In this document: one piece after another, positions 12,152-24,285 of the stretch
Position numbering within the stretch: position 1 is the stretch's first letter
How the letters are laid out: every line of letters begins with the position of its first letter
From: Lama glama
Taxonomy: Eukaryota
Direction: 5' to 3'
Assembly: GCA_028534125.1 (NCBI GenBank)
Contig: CM052816.1
Location: 54,190,001-54,254,000 of the forward strand
Length of the DNA: 64,000 bases
The notes under the pieces: model-generated
The model's input: only the letters and a program-made list of their open reading frames with translations
The model's database searches: none
What the model was told of the DNA's origin: nothing
Translations under genes and position numbers: made by a program

Positions 12152-12535
12152 TAGTTGACCCTTCAACAACATGAGTTTGAACTATGTGGGTCCACATATA
12201 TGCAGGTTTTTTTTTTAACTTTTTAATTTTTTGTGCGGGGAGTATTTAGATTTATTTATTATTATTTTTTAATGGAGGTACTGAGGATTGAACCTAGGAC
12301 CTTGTGCATGTTAAGTATGCATTCTACCACTGAGTTAGAGTACTACCACCCACCCCGATTTTTTTTTTTTTGGATTTTTTTTAGTAGTAAATACTACAGT
12401 GCTGCACTGTCCACAGTTGGTTGAATCCTCAGATGTCGAACTGAGGATACGGAGGGCCGGCTATAAGTTGTACTGAGATTTTCGACTGTGCAGGGAGTCA
12501 GCACCTCTAACCCAATGTTGTTTGAGGGTCAACTA
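12152..12535. mobile_element. Tigger2-family MITE (MER8-like), interrupted by a SINE
   Basis: Terminal inverted repeats tagttgacccttcaacaaca and tgttgtttgagggtcaacta (18/20 complementary), TA before the left end, internal ttggttgaatcc...ggatacggagggcc. Confidence 0.85.
12207..12356 (-). mobile_element. tRNA-derived SINE, camelid Vic-1-like
   Basis: Minus strand ggggtggg...taactcagtggtagaatgcatacttaacatgcacaaggtcctaggttcaatcctcagtacctccattaaaaaataataataaa: A-box-like and B-box (ggttcaatcc) head plus an A-rich tail. Confidence 0.85.
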
Positions 12536-14603
12536 TTTTTAATTAATCTATGTTATGTTAAGGTGTAATAGGTTTACTTCTGTTTCAAAATGAATTAATA
12601 AATATTTAAAAATTTTTTCAGTTTTACTTTTCAATAGCACTACTGTTGATATAACTTACAAACAAAAGCTCTTTGAGGTCCTCAGTAGTTTTTAAGGGAC
12701 CAAGAAAGTTTGAGAACTCAAACTGAGAACTGCTGCCTTAAGGACCATGTTTTCCTTCCAAGGATCAAAAGATGTCTCTTAGTTCTCTACTTTTTCTTCA
12801 TAGTGAGGCTAACTCAGGAGTTCCCCACATAAGTAAAAATTTACGAGGAAATTGTTCAGTTACGTGATAGAATTTGCATATCTTTTCGGTCAGAGTCTGA
12901 TGTCTAATCATTGAAGTCTTGGAATACAAATTACTGGAGCTTCTCATTAAAATTAGAAGATTTGGTTTCAGAATTAGGCTGAGGTTTCGCTGGATAGGGA
13001 ACAGGCATAGGGCCAAGAAATATCCCTGATATATTCTCCAACAGATATCTTCTGCCTCTAGAACTCCTCTTTGCAGGTGACACTACGTTTTTACCTCAAG
13101 CTCACTCCTTTAGGCCCATTACCCAAGCCACTGGTGCCAGAGTCATTATGTTGCAGTAGGAGACTCCCTAAACTCCCTAGCAGGTGGCAGGAGAGTGGGA
13201 AACCATAGCTGAAAGACAAGTGTTCTTGGTTTAAACTGTGAATGCTCTTTTCTATGGGAGATGTAACACGAGTTGTGGCTAGTTTCTATGATGAAATCAC
13301 ACGTGGATGGATTAGGCTTCTGTGGACTTGCCTGGGAGCCTTAGGTGCCCTGAGTTCCAAATGAAATGTTCAGGATTTAACTTTTTCTACATTGGGAACT
13401 GCTTCTACTTAAAAAATTCTACATTTTAAATCAGGATAAATATTATATTACTATAAGGACAGATACAGTTAAGGAGGATCTTACAGTGTTAGAAAGGGGT
13501 CATTTTACTCTTTATGAGACTGAATGATGGGAATTGACCCATAGGCTATGAAATTAAGCTCACATGTGGAACTTAAAACACAACAGAGGTAATGATAAAG
13601 AAGTACCTGAATTCCCAAAATTTATAAAATGGCATCATATTTCTCAGGGCTGCTGGCATTCAAAGAAAAAATAAACATTCCACAAAATTGTCTATTTTCT
13701 AGTTAAACTGATGTCCTATAACTGTATCTGAAAGGCTAAGTTGTGATTTTGAGGACACCGTGGATGAAAGAGAAAAAAATTACTACCACTAGTAACAGAT
13801 GTGAAATTACATTAGATAAATATAATCATTAGTTTCAGTCTCACCCTGGTTAATTTGTTTGTGGAAATGTGCAACCTATTATTCATTAGATAATTTTTCA
13901 CACATTGATTAGAAAGCCATGTCAAATTGTGACCCTGCACATTTGGGCTTACCTATCTTGCAATGTAGTATACCACTTACAATAGTGGAAATGGGGGACA
14001 AAATGTTTATCTCAAGCTGATTTTGTGCCAATAAATAAAGTAAATCAATAGCCAGTGAAGTGTGAACAACATTTCTCTGCTGTATAATATGGTTTTGGGG
14101 GCAATTTGACATGCTACAAGGGGAAACAAGGGTCTTGAACAGAAAGGTAATAAAAGCAAATCATGCTGGTAACTGTTATTGAAGTCCTGTGTTTTTCTAT
14201 ACTTGGGCAGCTTTAAGATGTGAAAAATAATGCACATAAAATTATAAAAATATTGAGGCAACTTTCCCCCATATTTATAAACATTCTTTCTTAGAGCTGA
14301 ACTTGATTTTACTGGTCATGCACTCTATACCTGTGACAAATCTTTTCTATTTTCTATTTGATCTAATTTAGTACACAAATTCAGATAACTTTAATGTATT
14401 TATAGTAAATACAACAGAAAGATCTTCCAATTTCAAGTAGACTTTATTATTATTCAATAAGACCTCATCTGAATTTTACTCTTCGATATTCGGGTAACTA
14501 CTTACAATAATAAAAAACCCTCTCAAATTAAAAAAATATATTTTCTGCCCTGCAAAAAGCTTCAAGGAGAAACCCCCGTTTTCTCGTCTTGCACCTTTCT
14601 TAC

Positions 14604-14652
14604 CATTCCATCCCTGCAGAACCATAAGAAAACGAATCTCTTTTCTAACTCT
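14604..14652 (-). other. Candidate 49-nt exon, minus strand (unverified)
   Basis: Minus strand ttattctccttcag|agagttag...gatggaatg|gtaaga, near-consensus acceptor and donor in repeat-free, CpG-retaining sequence. Confidence 0.2.
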
Positions 14653-14815
14653 CTGAAGGAGAATAATGATACAAATATATTTATAAAGTGCATCTTCTTG
14701 CCAGTTTGAACCACAGATGTCTTTTAAATTAAGATGAAAGTAACACATTTTTCCATGTAATGCAAACTGTATTCAAGTAATTAATGATTAATTAAAAGCA
14801 GGTTTTTTTCTGTAG

Positions 14816-14860
14816 GTCAGATAGTGAAGGGCTGTGCTATGTTGCCATAGAAAGGAAGAG
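14816..14860 (+). other. Candidate 45-nt symmetric exon (unverified)
   Basis: tttttttctgtag|gtcag...gaagag|gtaggc. The only open frame is phase 2-2 (SDSEGLCYVAIERK). Confidence 0.15.
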
Positions 14861-15729
14861 GTAGGCTGTTCAGTTTCTAGAAGGAGCCTCAGGCCTTCTT
14901 GGTCTAAAATAAAATCATAGCCAGGGAAACCTACAGATTCAAAGGAGAAATGGTTACTGGTGTCACAGAAACAGTGTTTTGCTGCCCAAGAATGTTATTT
15001 CCTTGACAAATTCTGTGTACCATTGTTAGAATTTGAAAAAAAAATCATTGACCACAGACATTTTAATAATGTGTGCTGACATGAAGTATATCTATTTATA
15101 GTCAGTGACTTGATTCATGTGAAGAATCATATGTATATATTTATAGCTTGCTTTGAGATTACCCCCTCTTCCTGCCATTTTTTTTTTAAATTTGGACAGG
15201 GCTTCAGTCTATTTTAGATTAATTTTTAAACATCTAGATTTAAGCAGATTTGTAATATGTTATATATAATATAATGTGAATAAAGGAAAAGATTCTACTC
15301 TAATTTCATATTCCAGTGCCAGACTTTGTGAGAACCAATATAATGGAGGGAGTGTGGGTGATATAGAATGAGTGTTAGTCTGAGAATTAGATCTATATTC
15401 TAGTCCTTGCTGTCATTAAGTTCTGAAGCTTTTCTGGTTTTGGTAGACTAGATGAGTTCTAATTCTTCCAACTTTAATATTCCATGCATATAATATTTTT
15501 ATAAAATAGCATTATACTATTTTATAGATGGATGAACAAACTTTGTGACTCAGATAATAGTCTCTTTTATAACCTGCTTTGTTTACATTTAAGATAAACA
15601 TTTGTCTATGTCCTTATGTAATCTTTTACATCATTTATAATGGATATCATTTATAATGACTATCATATTCCATTATATAGTTTTACTGTAATTCATTAAC
15701 CATCTCTCTTGCTGGACATGATCAAAGCT

Positions 15730-16502
15730 CTCATACCTTTCTTGTAATGCTGCTGTGGTTTATTAATTGGTTGCCCCTTTTCTGCTCTTGCCCCTTATAG
15801 TCTGTAATCACTAACTAGATATAGCCTTTTCTTTTTCATGGCAATCAAATACAACTGTCTAACCATCCTTAGAATAAAATCCAAAATCATTACATGGCCT
15901 ATGAGATACTATGTAATCTGGCACCTACCTATCTCTAAAAACTTACTTCTGCCATCTGCCTTGCTCACTGCACTTCACCCACTGTTTTCCTGGCTGTTCT
16001 CCACTTCTTTAAGTGTGTCCCAACCTTAAGGCTTTTGCTTTTGGTATTTGCTTTACCTGGGACACAGTTTTTTCTGTTATTTGCATGTTTTGTTCTTTTA
16101 CTCCTTCAGAGCTCTGCTTACTAACACCTCTTCAGACAATTCTTTCCTGAGTTTTTTATCTAAAATAACATTCTTCTGCCATTCTCAATCTTCTTACCGT
16201 TTTTTCTTCATAACCTTCATTACTACCTCACCTTATATTCATTTTCTTTCTTTCTTTCTTTCCTTCTCTCTTTCTCTTTTTCTTTCTTTCTCTCCCCTCT
16301 CTCTTTCTCCCCTCCTCCCTCCTTCCCTCTCCCATTCCTTCTCTGTCCCCCTTCCCCTGCCTCCCACTTTCTTTGTTCATCTGTCATTTGTACATAAACT
16401 CCCTGAGGGTAGGACGGCATCTGTTTTGTTCATTGCTAAATTCCCAGCACCAAAAACTATGCCTAGCTTATAAAAGGCACTTGAAAAATGTTTGTTGAAT
16501 GA
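15730..16502 (+). mobile_element. L2 3' region with embedded CT-rich simple repeat (~16240-16372)
   Basis: cttagaataaaatccaaaatc...atgtaatctggcacctacc...aaactccctgagggtagg...ggcacttgaaaaatgtttgttgaatga. Confidence 0.8.
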
Positions 16503-17329
16503 CTCCAGGTTTTGTTCAATAATTTTCTGTTATAAATGTAGTAGAGTAAGAAAAGTTATTATCTTGTTAATTGCTTTTGTTTGGAAAAACATGTTGATTA
16601 GTCTTTTCATGTGGAATGTGTGGCCCTGAGGAAATGAATTGAGAGAAAAAACAAAGACATAGCTAAAAGTACCTTGAAGAAAAATGAGTAGTAATTTGGG
16701 GCTAGAAGAAAGGAGATGAAGGGGATAGGAGGATGGGTGTGGAGAGAGAGGGACAAAATAAGGACAGAGTAAGCATGAGCAGGCAGAAATGACTGAGGGA
16801 ATTTTTAAAAGAACAGGGATATTTCATATTTATTTTTAAGTTATGTAGTAATGTAAGCTTTCTTGCGCTAACCCCTGAATCTCTCCAGCACACAGTTGCC
16901 TCCTAACAGTGTTTTGTTTGGGGAAATCAAGAAAAGCTGTGTCTTATGTTTGAGTCAAAAACTCAGATGGTGATAAAGGAACAGTTTGTATAGTAGAATC
17001 AGAGTTGAACAGAATCAGAAATGAAGCCAGAAGTTACAGGGAGGCCACTGGATTGCTCACTGGAAGTAGGAAGGGGAATTGAATAGATCTTACCTGGCTC
17101 ACAAGCCTGAGTTACAGAAACAACACAGTGGTAAATATCTTTGTAGCTACCTTTTATATGTATCCATGATTTACATATGGTGAATTGCTAAAACTGGAAT
17201 CACTAGGTCAGAGTGTATTGGCATTTTTAAGGATTTTGGTATGTGATCATATTGCCTTCCAGAAAAATTAGTACTAACTTAAAATCTGAAACGTTTTATG
17301 AAAGCAAGTGTTGTTAACAAAAACCCCCA

Positions 17330-18022
17330 CACCATTATAGACCTACTAGGCTAGCTACAATTTTAAAAATGGAAAATAGTGTTGGTGAGGATGTAGAATA
17401 ATCAGAACTCTCATATATTGTAGGTGAGATTGTAAAGTGTAGCTGCTTTGGAAAATAGTTTGGCAATTCCTCAAAAAGCTAAACATAGAGTTACCATGTG
17501 ACCCCAGCAATCCCACTTTGAGTTATATACCCAAGAGAAATAAAAACATATACCCACACAAAGCTGTGTTTCTTTTGCAGATTGTACAGAAATTTTCATA
17601 GCAGCATTAGTCATGGTATCCCAAAAGTAGAAACAACCCAGATGTACCCAGTAACTGATGAATGGGTAAATAAAACGTGGTATCTATACAATTGAATGTT
17701 ATTTGGCAATAAAAATAAATGAGGTGCTGATACATCTTATACCATGAATGAACCTTGAAAGCATTACCCAAATGAAAGAAGCCAGTCATGAAAACCTTCA
17801 TATTGTTGATTACATTTTTGTGAAATATCCAGAATGGGCATATCTGTTGAGACAAAAAGTAGATTAGTGGTTGCTTAGGTCTGGGGAGGGCAAGGATGAG
17901 GAGTGACAGCTGATGGCTGAGGGGGTCCACTAAAATGACATTCTTTAGTGGGGATGAAAGTGCTCTAAAATTAGATTGTGGTGATGGTTGCACTCGTCTT
18001 TGAATATATAAAAAAATTAACA
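17330..18022 (+). mobile_element. L1MB-type 3' end
   Basis: gtgttggtgaggatgtag...agagttaccatgtgaccccagcaatcccact...gatacatcttataccatgaatgaaccttgaaagcatta...ctaaaattagattgtggtgatggttgcac. Confidence 0.9.
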
Positions 18023-18027
18023 TATAC

Positions 18028-19070
18028 TTTATTTTAATTTATTTTTTATAGTCAGTTACAGTGTGTCAGTTTCTGGTGTACAGCATAATGTCCCAGTCAT
18101 GCATACACACATATTTGTTTTCATATTCTTTTTCATTAAAGACTACTGTAAGACATTGGATATAGTTCCCTGTGCTACATAGAAGAAATTTTTTAAAATC
18201 TGTTTTTATATATAGTGGCTAACATTTGCAAATCTCAAACTCCCAAATTTATCCCTTCCTATCTTCTTTCCCCCAGTAACCATAAGATTATTTACTATGT
18301 CTGCAAGTCTGTTTCTGTTTTGTAGATAAGATCATCAGTGTCTTTTTTTTTTTTCCCCTAGATTCCACATACTCCAAAAACTGTAAGACACTGATGAGTG
18401 ATATCATGTTATTTTTCTTTTTCTTTCTGGCTTACTTCACTTGGAATGATGATCTCTAGGTCCATCCATGTTGCTGCAAATGGCATTATTTTATTCTTTT
18501 TTATGGCTGAGTAGTGTTCCATTGTATAAATATACCACAACTTCTTTATCCAGTCATCTGTCAGAGGACATTTAGGTTGCTTCCATGTCATGGCTTTTGT
18601 ATATAGTGCTGCTGTGAACATTGGGGTGCATGTACATTTTTGAATTAAACATCCCTCCAGATACATATCCAGAGGTGGGATTGCTGGATCATATGGTAGG
18701 TCTATTTTTAGTTTTCTGCGGAATCCCCATACTGTTTTCCATAATGGCTGCACCAAACTACATTCCCACCAACAGTGTAGGAGGATTCCCTTTTCTCCAC
18801 ACCCTCTCCAGCATTTATCATTTGTGGAATTTTGAATAATTGCCATTCTGACCGGTGTGAGGTGGTACCTCACTGTAGTTTTGATTTGCATTTCTCTGAT
18901 AATTAGCAATATTGAACATTTTTTTCATGTGCCTGTTGGTCATTTATATGTCTTCATTGGAGAATTGCTTGGGTAGGTCTTCTGCCCATTTTTGGACTGG
19001 GTTGTTTGGTTGTTTCTTATTAAGATATATGAGCTGCTTATATATTCTGGAGATCAAGCCTTTGTTGGTT
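18028..19070 (-). mobile_element. Lineage-specific 5'-truncated L1 (ORF2 C-terminus and 3'UTR)
   Basis: ORF 18409-18909 encodes the ORF2 cysteine knuckle ([18 protein letters not shown]) and [12 protein letters not shown]-rich tail at ~18028-18047. Confidence 0.95.
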
Positions 19071-20772
19071 AATTAACAGCTAGCAAATTTACAGTTAACA
19101 AGTCAATAGAGGGGGAAAATGTAATAATAAATTCCTGATTTATCTAAGATAAGGCAAGAAGGCAAAGTAAGGAACAAACAACAGATAAGACAAGTAGAAG
19201 ATGTGAATTAGGCTGTAAGATTTAGACTCAGATATTATCATAATTACCCCAAATGTAAGTGGGCTAACTGATTAAAAGACAACCTGTCAGACTCAGTTTT
19301 TAAATCCAACTGTATGCCTTTTTCAGTGCCACATCTTAAATATAAGGATATGAAAAATTGAAAAGAAAAGGATGGGAAAAGATATCTCAGGCAAATGTAC
19401 TCCACGAAAAAACTGGTATAGTCATACTAATATTAGGTGAAGTAGATTTTACTCAAAGAGAGACATTTCATGAGAGAAAAGTCAGTCCCACAGAAGGTAA
19501 CAGTCCTAAATTTGTATGCCTCTAATAATCTTGACACATATCAAATAAAATTTATAGAAGGATAAATAGATAATTCCACAATCATAGTTGGAGATTAATA
19601 TACCTTTCAATCAACAATAGAAAAGGCAGGAAAAAATAAGTAAAAATATAAAAGATTTGGACAGTCTTAACCCAATGGACATGGTTACAACCCAGGATTC
19701 AGCAAGTGAAGAATGCACATTCTTTCACTTGTGCATAGAACATTATCTAAAATTGACTGTATGCTGAGACATGAAACAAATTTCAACAAATATCAAATGA
19801 TTGAAATCATGTAGCATGTTTTCTAATCATTGTAGAATTAAGGTAGAAATCAATAACAAAAACATTTAACAAAATAAATCAATAACAGAAAAATAACTAG
19901 TAAATCCCCAAATAAGTTTGAAATTCAGCAACATTTTCTATATAACTCATGAGTGAGAGGGGAGATCACATTAGGTCATACTGAGTTGTATGATAGACTA
20001 GAACATACTGAGTTGTATGATAATGCACATAAAGCATTTCAAAACACACAGGATACAGCTAAAGTTGTGCTTAGTGGGATCCTTATATTTCTAAATGAAT
20101 ATACTGGAAAGAAGAAAGACTATTAGTGAACCAAGTATTTAGCTCATGAAGTTAGTAAAGGAACAGTTATTTAAACCCAAAGAATGTAGAAAAAGGAAAG
20201 AAAATAAAAGAACAGAAAAAGTTGAACAGAAAACAAAGGTACATAGAGAAAATCAACACAGCCAAAAGTTGTTCTTTGAAAAGACTAATAAATTTGATGA
20301 ACTCCTAATATTGATGTGAAATAAACAGACAAAGCACAAAAGATCAGTATCAGCATCAAAAATGAGACATTGCCACAGACCCTGGTTTTTAAAGTGATGA
20401 TGAAGAGGATGTCATATACATCTTTTAACCTATGAATTTGAAAACTTCAAAAAAAAAAAAAAAACCCCAAACTGAAAAAATAGCTTACCAAAATGGAATC
20501 AAGAAGGAAAGAAAAAGTCAATTTTCTGTTCAAAAAATTGAGTCTTATTAGAAGAATCACTCAAAAAGGAAAAGTTTGAGATGATTTCACTGGTGAATTT
20601 TTCTTAACACCTAAGTAAGAAATATGTAATTCTAATTAAGTACGTTTCCCAGAAAACAAGGAGTGTTTTTCTAACTCATTCTGTGAGACTGGGACTAGAA
20701 TAACCTTTATAACAAAACCTGACAAAGACAATACAAGAAATGAAAAATATAGGCCATCTCTCTCATGAACAT

Positions 20773-21260
20773 TGTAGTGAGAAAGTATTTTACCTGATAT
20801 AATTTACTGCCATGAAACCTGTCATGGGTCAAAGGGGAAGAATGGACTTGCTCTGGGGAAAAATTCCTTATCACACAGACCACCAGCCCATACTAGCAGT
20901 TCTTACCCTTGGCTAAGTTCCTTGCTCTTAGCTATTTTATGTAAAACAACCCACTCACACTTTTTTTGTACTTCTTTCTCAGTCTTGACCTAGTTTTCCC
21001 ACCTGCTTTCATTCAGACCATCTACTTTAAGCATATCCATTGGGAAGCCCTACCCTGAAAGACTTTTAACCTCAGCTGATTCCTTTCTTTGCTTTTTTCT
21101 CCTCTTTCCTTCACCCCTACGTGCCATCTGTGTGATCCCTCAGAATGTGCTGTATTCTGTCTCCGAAGAGTTGTATGTGTTACTACATCTAACTTGCTTT
21201 TCCTGCTTTCAGTCTGGCTCCACTGTGGGTGTTGGAAAGGCAGTCAAAAAGAACCGATAT
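20773..21260 (+). mobile_element. Probable solo ERV LTR, family not recognised
   Basis: ~490-bp non-L1 block starting tgtag that interrupts the L1 ORF2 precisely, flanked by a short duplication acat (20769-20772 and 21261-21264). Confidence 0.65.
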
Positions 21261-21411
21261 ACATACAAATCCAGAATAAAATATTAGCAAATCTAATCCA
21301 GCTATCTGTAAAACTAACAACATTGCAGTCAAATTGAGTTTATTCCAGGAATGCAAGATTAGTTCATTAAAAAAATGGAATTCAAATGAACAGAATAAAA
21401 GTAAAAAATTA

Positions 21412-23473
21412 CATCCAAATTGGAAAAGAAGTAAAACTGTCATTATTTGCAGATGACATGATAGTATACATAGAAAATCCTAACGATACTGCTAGAAGGC
21501 CAGTAGAGCTCATCAATGAATTTGGTAAAATTGCAGGATACAAAACTAACATATAGAAATCCGTTGCATTTCTATATATTAACAATGAAATATCAGGAGA
21601 AGGAATTAAGGAAACAATCCCAGTTAGCATTGCATCAAAAAGAATAAAATACCTAAGACTAAACCTACTTAAGGAGGCAAAGGATCTGTAGTCCAAAAAC
21701 TGTAAGACACTGATGAAAGAAACTGAAGATGACACAGACAGAAAGATAAAGTGTTGTTGGATGGGAAAAATCGATATTGTTAAAATGACCACATTACCCA
21801 AGGCAATATACAGATGCAGTGTAATCCTTATCAAATTTCAAATGACATTTTCCACAGAACTGGAAAAAAAATGTTAAAATTTGTATGGAAACACAAAAGA
21901 CCCTGAGTAGCCAACAATCTTGAGAAATAAGAACAGCGCTGGGGGAATCATGCTACCTGACTTCAGACTGTACTACAAACTTACAGTAATCAAAACAGTA
22001 TAGAACTGGCACAGAAACAGACACATAGATCAATGGAACAGGATAGAAAGCCTGTAAGTGTGTGGACACTTATGGTCAATCTATAACAAAGGAGGCAAAG
22101 ATACACAATGGAGAAAAGACAGTCTCTTCAATTAATGGTGCTGGGAAAACTGGACAGCTACATGTGAAAGAATGAAATTAGAACATTTTCTAACACCATA
22201 TATAAAAATAAACTCAAAATGGATTAAAGACCTGTATGTAAGACCAGATACTGTAAAACTCCTAGAGGTAAACATAGGCAGAACACTCTCTGACATAAAT
22301 TGCAGCAATATTTTTTTTGAACCAGCTCCTAGAGTAATGGAACTAAAAGCAAAAATAAACAAATGGGACTGAATTAAACTTAAAAGCTTTTGCACAGCTA
22401 AAGATACCATCAACAAAATGAAAAGACAGTCTACAGAATGGGAGAAAATACTTGCAAATGATGCGACCGACAAGGGGCTAATTTCCAAAATATACAAACA
22501 GCTCATAGAGCTTTAAAAAAAAAAAGTTACCCAATCAAAAAATGGGTAGAAGACCTAAACAGACATCTCTCCAAACAAGACATTCAGATGGCCAACAGGC
22601 ATATGAAAAAATGCTTAACATCACTAATTGTTAGAGAAATGCAAATCAAAATTAAAATGAGGTATCACCTCACACCAGTCAGAATGGCCATCATTCAAAA
22701 GTCCACAAATGATAAATGCTGGAGAAGGTGTGGAGAAAAGGGACCCTCCTACACCACGATGGGAATGTAGATTGGTGCAGCAGCCACTTTGGAGGACAGT
22801 ATGGTGGTTCCTTAACAAACAAAAAATAGACTCCCCATATGATCCAGCAGTCCCTCTCCTGGGCATATATTTGGAGGAAACTATAATTCAAAAAGACAGA
22901 TGCACCCAAATGTTCACAGCAGCAGTATTTACAATAGACAAGATGGAAACAACCTGAATGTCCATTGACAGATGATTGGATAAAGAAGATATGGTGAATA
23001 TATATACAGTGGAATACTACTCAGCCATAAAATAATAAAATAATGCCATTTGCAGCAACATGGATAGACCCAGAGATTGTCATTCTAAATGAAGTAAGCC
23101 AGAAAGAGAAAAAAAAATACCGTTTGATATCACTTATATGTGGAATCTTAAAAAAAGACACAAATGAACTTACTTTACAAAACAGAAACAGACTCACAGC
23201 CATAGAGAACAAACTTACGGTTACCAGGCGGGAAAGGGGTTGGGGAGGGATAAATTGGGAGTTTGAGATTTATAGATACTTCTGTGTATAAAATAGATAA
23301 ACAACAAGTTTATACTGTATAGCACAGGGAACTATTTTCAATATTTTATAGTAACCTATAAAGAAAAAGAATATGAGAAGGAATGTATGTATGTATATGT
23401 ATGACTGAAACATTCTGCTGTGCACCAGAAGTGGACACATCAAAGACTGACTATATTTCAATTTAAAAAAAAA
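21412..23473 (+). mobile_element. Lineage-specific 5'-truncated L1 (RT C-half to 3'UTR), frameshifted
   Basis: ttatttgcagatgacatgatagtatac (FADD motif). ORF pieces [32 protein letters not shown] and MPFAATW. A-tail at 23465-23473. Confidence 0.95.
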
Positions 23474-24285
23474 TCCCTCATATATCATCTCAGTAGATAA
23501 AGTATTTGATAAAAATCCAACAGTTTTTTTTATAAAAGCTCTAAGCAAACTAGGAATAGAAGGCTATGTCTTTAAACTCATGCAGAATATTTACACAAAA
23601 TAGTACAGTAGACATCAAATGTTACTGAAATATTGAGAGCTTTTCTTTCTGAGATAGGGGCATAAGGGTTTGTTCTCTCCTTTTCTGTTCAAAATTACAC
23701 TGAGCTCTTAGCCAGTGCTTTACAAGAAGAAAAATAAACGTTATAAACATCGGAGAGGAACAAATTAAACTCACTATTCATAGATGACATTATTGTGTAT
23801 GCACAGAATTTTAAAAGTACAGATAAACTGTTAGTGAATTTAACAAGAACGCAAAAATCAATTACATTTCTATGTGTTATCAGTGAACAACTATAAAGTG
23901 AAATTTTTAGATGATAACTTTTGCAATACTGTTGAAAATACTAAGGAATCTTAAGAAATGATATAAAAGATCTCTACAGACAAAACTACCAAACATTTCT
24001 GAAAGAACTATGTAAATAAAAAGATATACATGAATGGAGTTGGAAGGCAATATAATTTCCCCCCCAAATTATCTATAGATTGAAAGCAATCCCAATAAAA
24101 ATCCCAGCAGGTTTTTTTTTTAATGCAACCCCAAAATGCTAGAAGTTTTTTTTTAGCTTGATATGCTGATTCTAGAATGAATACCTCTAACAGTTTTGAA
24201 GAACAAAACTGAAGAGTTTATGCTACTAGGTACCAAATTATAAAACTGCAATAAATATAGTAGAATGGAGTTGGCATGGTGAGAT

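Larger units (their letters stand above)
10831..12735 (+). mobile_element. Charlie1-family (Charlie1a-like) hAT DNA transposon hosting three later insertions
   Basis: Left end cagtgatcctcaaa, right end ...aaacaaaagctctttgaggtcctca...tgagaactgctg. Internal transposase remnants (ttggcagatattttctcaaaaatgaacaaa; atgagaattcaactgtcttctattaag). Degenerate 8-bp flanks ctttagag / ccttaagg. Confidence 0.8.
19085..24285 (+). mobile_element. Ancient L1M ORF2 region, split by an LTR (20773-21260) and a younger L1 (21412-23473)
   Basis: Degenerate endonuclease-to-RT sequence in collinear order. It resumes after each insert (ctcatgaacat...acatacaaatcc...aaaatattagcaaat; ...atcatctcagtagataaagtatttgataaaaatccaa). 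Confidence 0.85.

Noticed and set aside
12270..12345. tRNA gene
   Set aside because: It is a degenerate tRNA-like head followed by an A-rich tail, i.e. a SINE.
16048..16473. 141-aa hydrophobic ORF
   Set aside because: It lies in an L2 plus a CT-rich repeat that is depleted of stop codons.
21409..22506. Membrane-protein-like ORFs (141 aa and 124 aa) on the minus strand
   Set aside because: They are antisense translations of A-rich L1 ORF2.
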